Part shown: positions 63,394 through 64,000 of the stretch, piece by piece | Position numbering within the stretch: position 1 is the first letter of the stretch | Layout: each line of letters starts with the position of its first letter | Assembly: GCA_963803805.1 (NCBI GenBank) | Contig: CAWDOD010000004.1 | Span: forward strand, 427,108-491,107 | DNA length: 64,000 nt | DNA from: an uncultured cyanobacterium | Lineage (GTDB): Bacteria > Cyanobacteriota > Cyanobacteriia > Cyanobacteriales > CAWCAG01 | Direction: 5' to 3' | The notes under the pieces: model-generated | Database searches by the model: none | Seen by the model: the letters and a program-made list of their open reading frames with translations, nothing else | What the model was told of the DNA's origin: nothing | Made by a program: the position numbers and the translations under genes

Positions 63394-64000
63394 CTAACCA
63401 ATTCTTTTGCCCGCTTTACAAAAGCCTCGGCAGTTAAACCATTAAGTTCCATCACTTGGGTTGCACTAGAAGCAGTTTCTCCTCGCTTCCAAGCAAAGGT
63501 ATCTCGCTTGCTGTTGCTGCGTAGCATAACAGGTTCCAACATGGCACTGCTACCCCCTGTGATACCTAGCAAAGCATCCCCAGCAAACAATTCCTCGAAC
63601 TTAGCATCATCAAGAAAGTTATTATCTGCTTCACTGCAAGTCTCCGAAGCTGTATCAGTGGGACGATATAAGCGGCGGGGGCTAATCACAGAAACAATTT
63701 TTGTACCAATACCTGCGGCTTTAAGATGTTCCGCTGCTTCATAAACGGGAAGTAACGTCATATCGCCAATAACCGCAAAAACCACTTGCTTGCTGCCTTC
63801 GGTTTCCTGCAAAACTACTGCACCTTCTCGTAAGGCTTGGCGGGTTTGTTCAAAGTTGGTACGAATTGGTAAGGGTGACTTGCTTGCAGTGATAGTAACT
63901 CCTTTGTTTTTAGTCCCTAATGCCCATTCATAACAAGCTTGAATACTATTGGCATCGCAGGGAAATAAGGGGAAAATATTACCATTACGCATCATCCCGG
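63390..64000 (-). CDS. phosphoketolase/transketolase-like protein, C-terminal part (5' end outside the window)
   Basis: The layout ...PCDANS...ASKSPLP...AVIGD...VSVISPRRL...WKRGETASS...NGL parallels the XFP C-terminal domain only loosely. The listed Met is probably internal. Confidence 0.4.
   Translation of the reverse strand, partial: GMMRNGNIFPLFPCDANSIQACYEWALGTKNKGVTITASKSPLPIRTNFEQTRQALREGAVVLQETEGSKQVVFAVIGDMTLLPVYEAAEHLKAAGIGTKIVSVISPRRLYRPTDTASETCSEADNNFLDDAKFEELFAGDALLGITGGSSAMLEPVMLRSNSKRDTFAWKRGETASSATQVMELNGLTAEAFVKRAKELVS

Overview
All calls rest on reading the supplied translations and the DNA for motifs; no database search was possible. This is a chromosomal segment of an AT-rich cyanobacterium. 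The evidence is roughly three dozen copies of the HIP1 octamer GCGATCGC (counted by eye), STRR-like heptamer tracts, and a complete kaiA-kaiB-kaiC clock cluster. I support about 60 protein genes and one tRNA-Pro(GGG). I saw no rRNA, CRISPR array, prophage or intact IS element. The content is mostly housekeeping: trpS, gatA, glmS, speA, grx, tadA, obg, lipB, hpf, ackA, sir. It is interleaved with two-component signalling genes and accessory genes: an algal-type vanadium haloperoxidase homologue, a B12-radical SAM protein, an FAD/Rieske oxidoreductase, Uma2, a CAP-domain protein and a Mut7-C RNase. Observations most worth a second look: (1) an orphan three-gene operon at 55.2-58.8 kb encoding an HD phosphohydrolase, a 610-aa dehydroquinate-synthase-like sugar-phosphate cyclase with an unexplained N-terminal extension, and a DxD-containing unknown, which is my best candidate for an undescribed cyclitol-type pathway; (2) a 1018-aa CBS/histidine-kinase/triple receiver-like protein transcribed divergently from kaiA, plus unusual kai gene spacing; (3) single-base frameshifts in the essential GTPase gene obg and in a JmjC/cupin-4 oxygenase gene; (4) two copies of a ~108-bp hairpin element with terminal inverted repeats and flanking TA (MITE-like), each with a heptamer tract at its core; (5) a ~45-nt dispersed repeat present at least four times on the same strand, which supplies stop codons or C-terminal codons to two genes; (6) a ribbon-helix-helix-like tail on sulfite reductase; (7) a Ser-to-Ala change in the vanadate-binding SGH motif of the haloperoxidase homologue.
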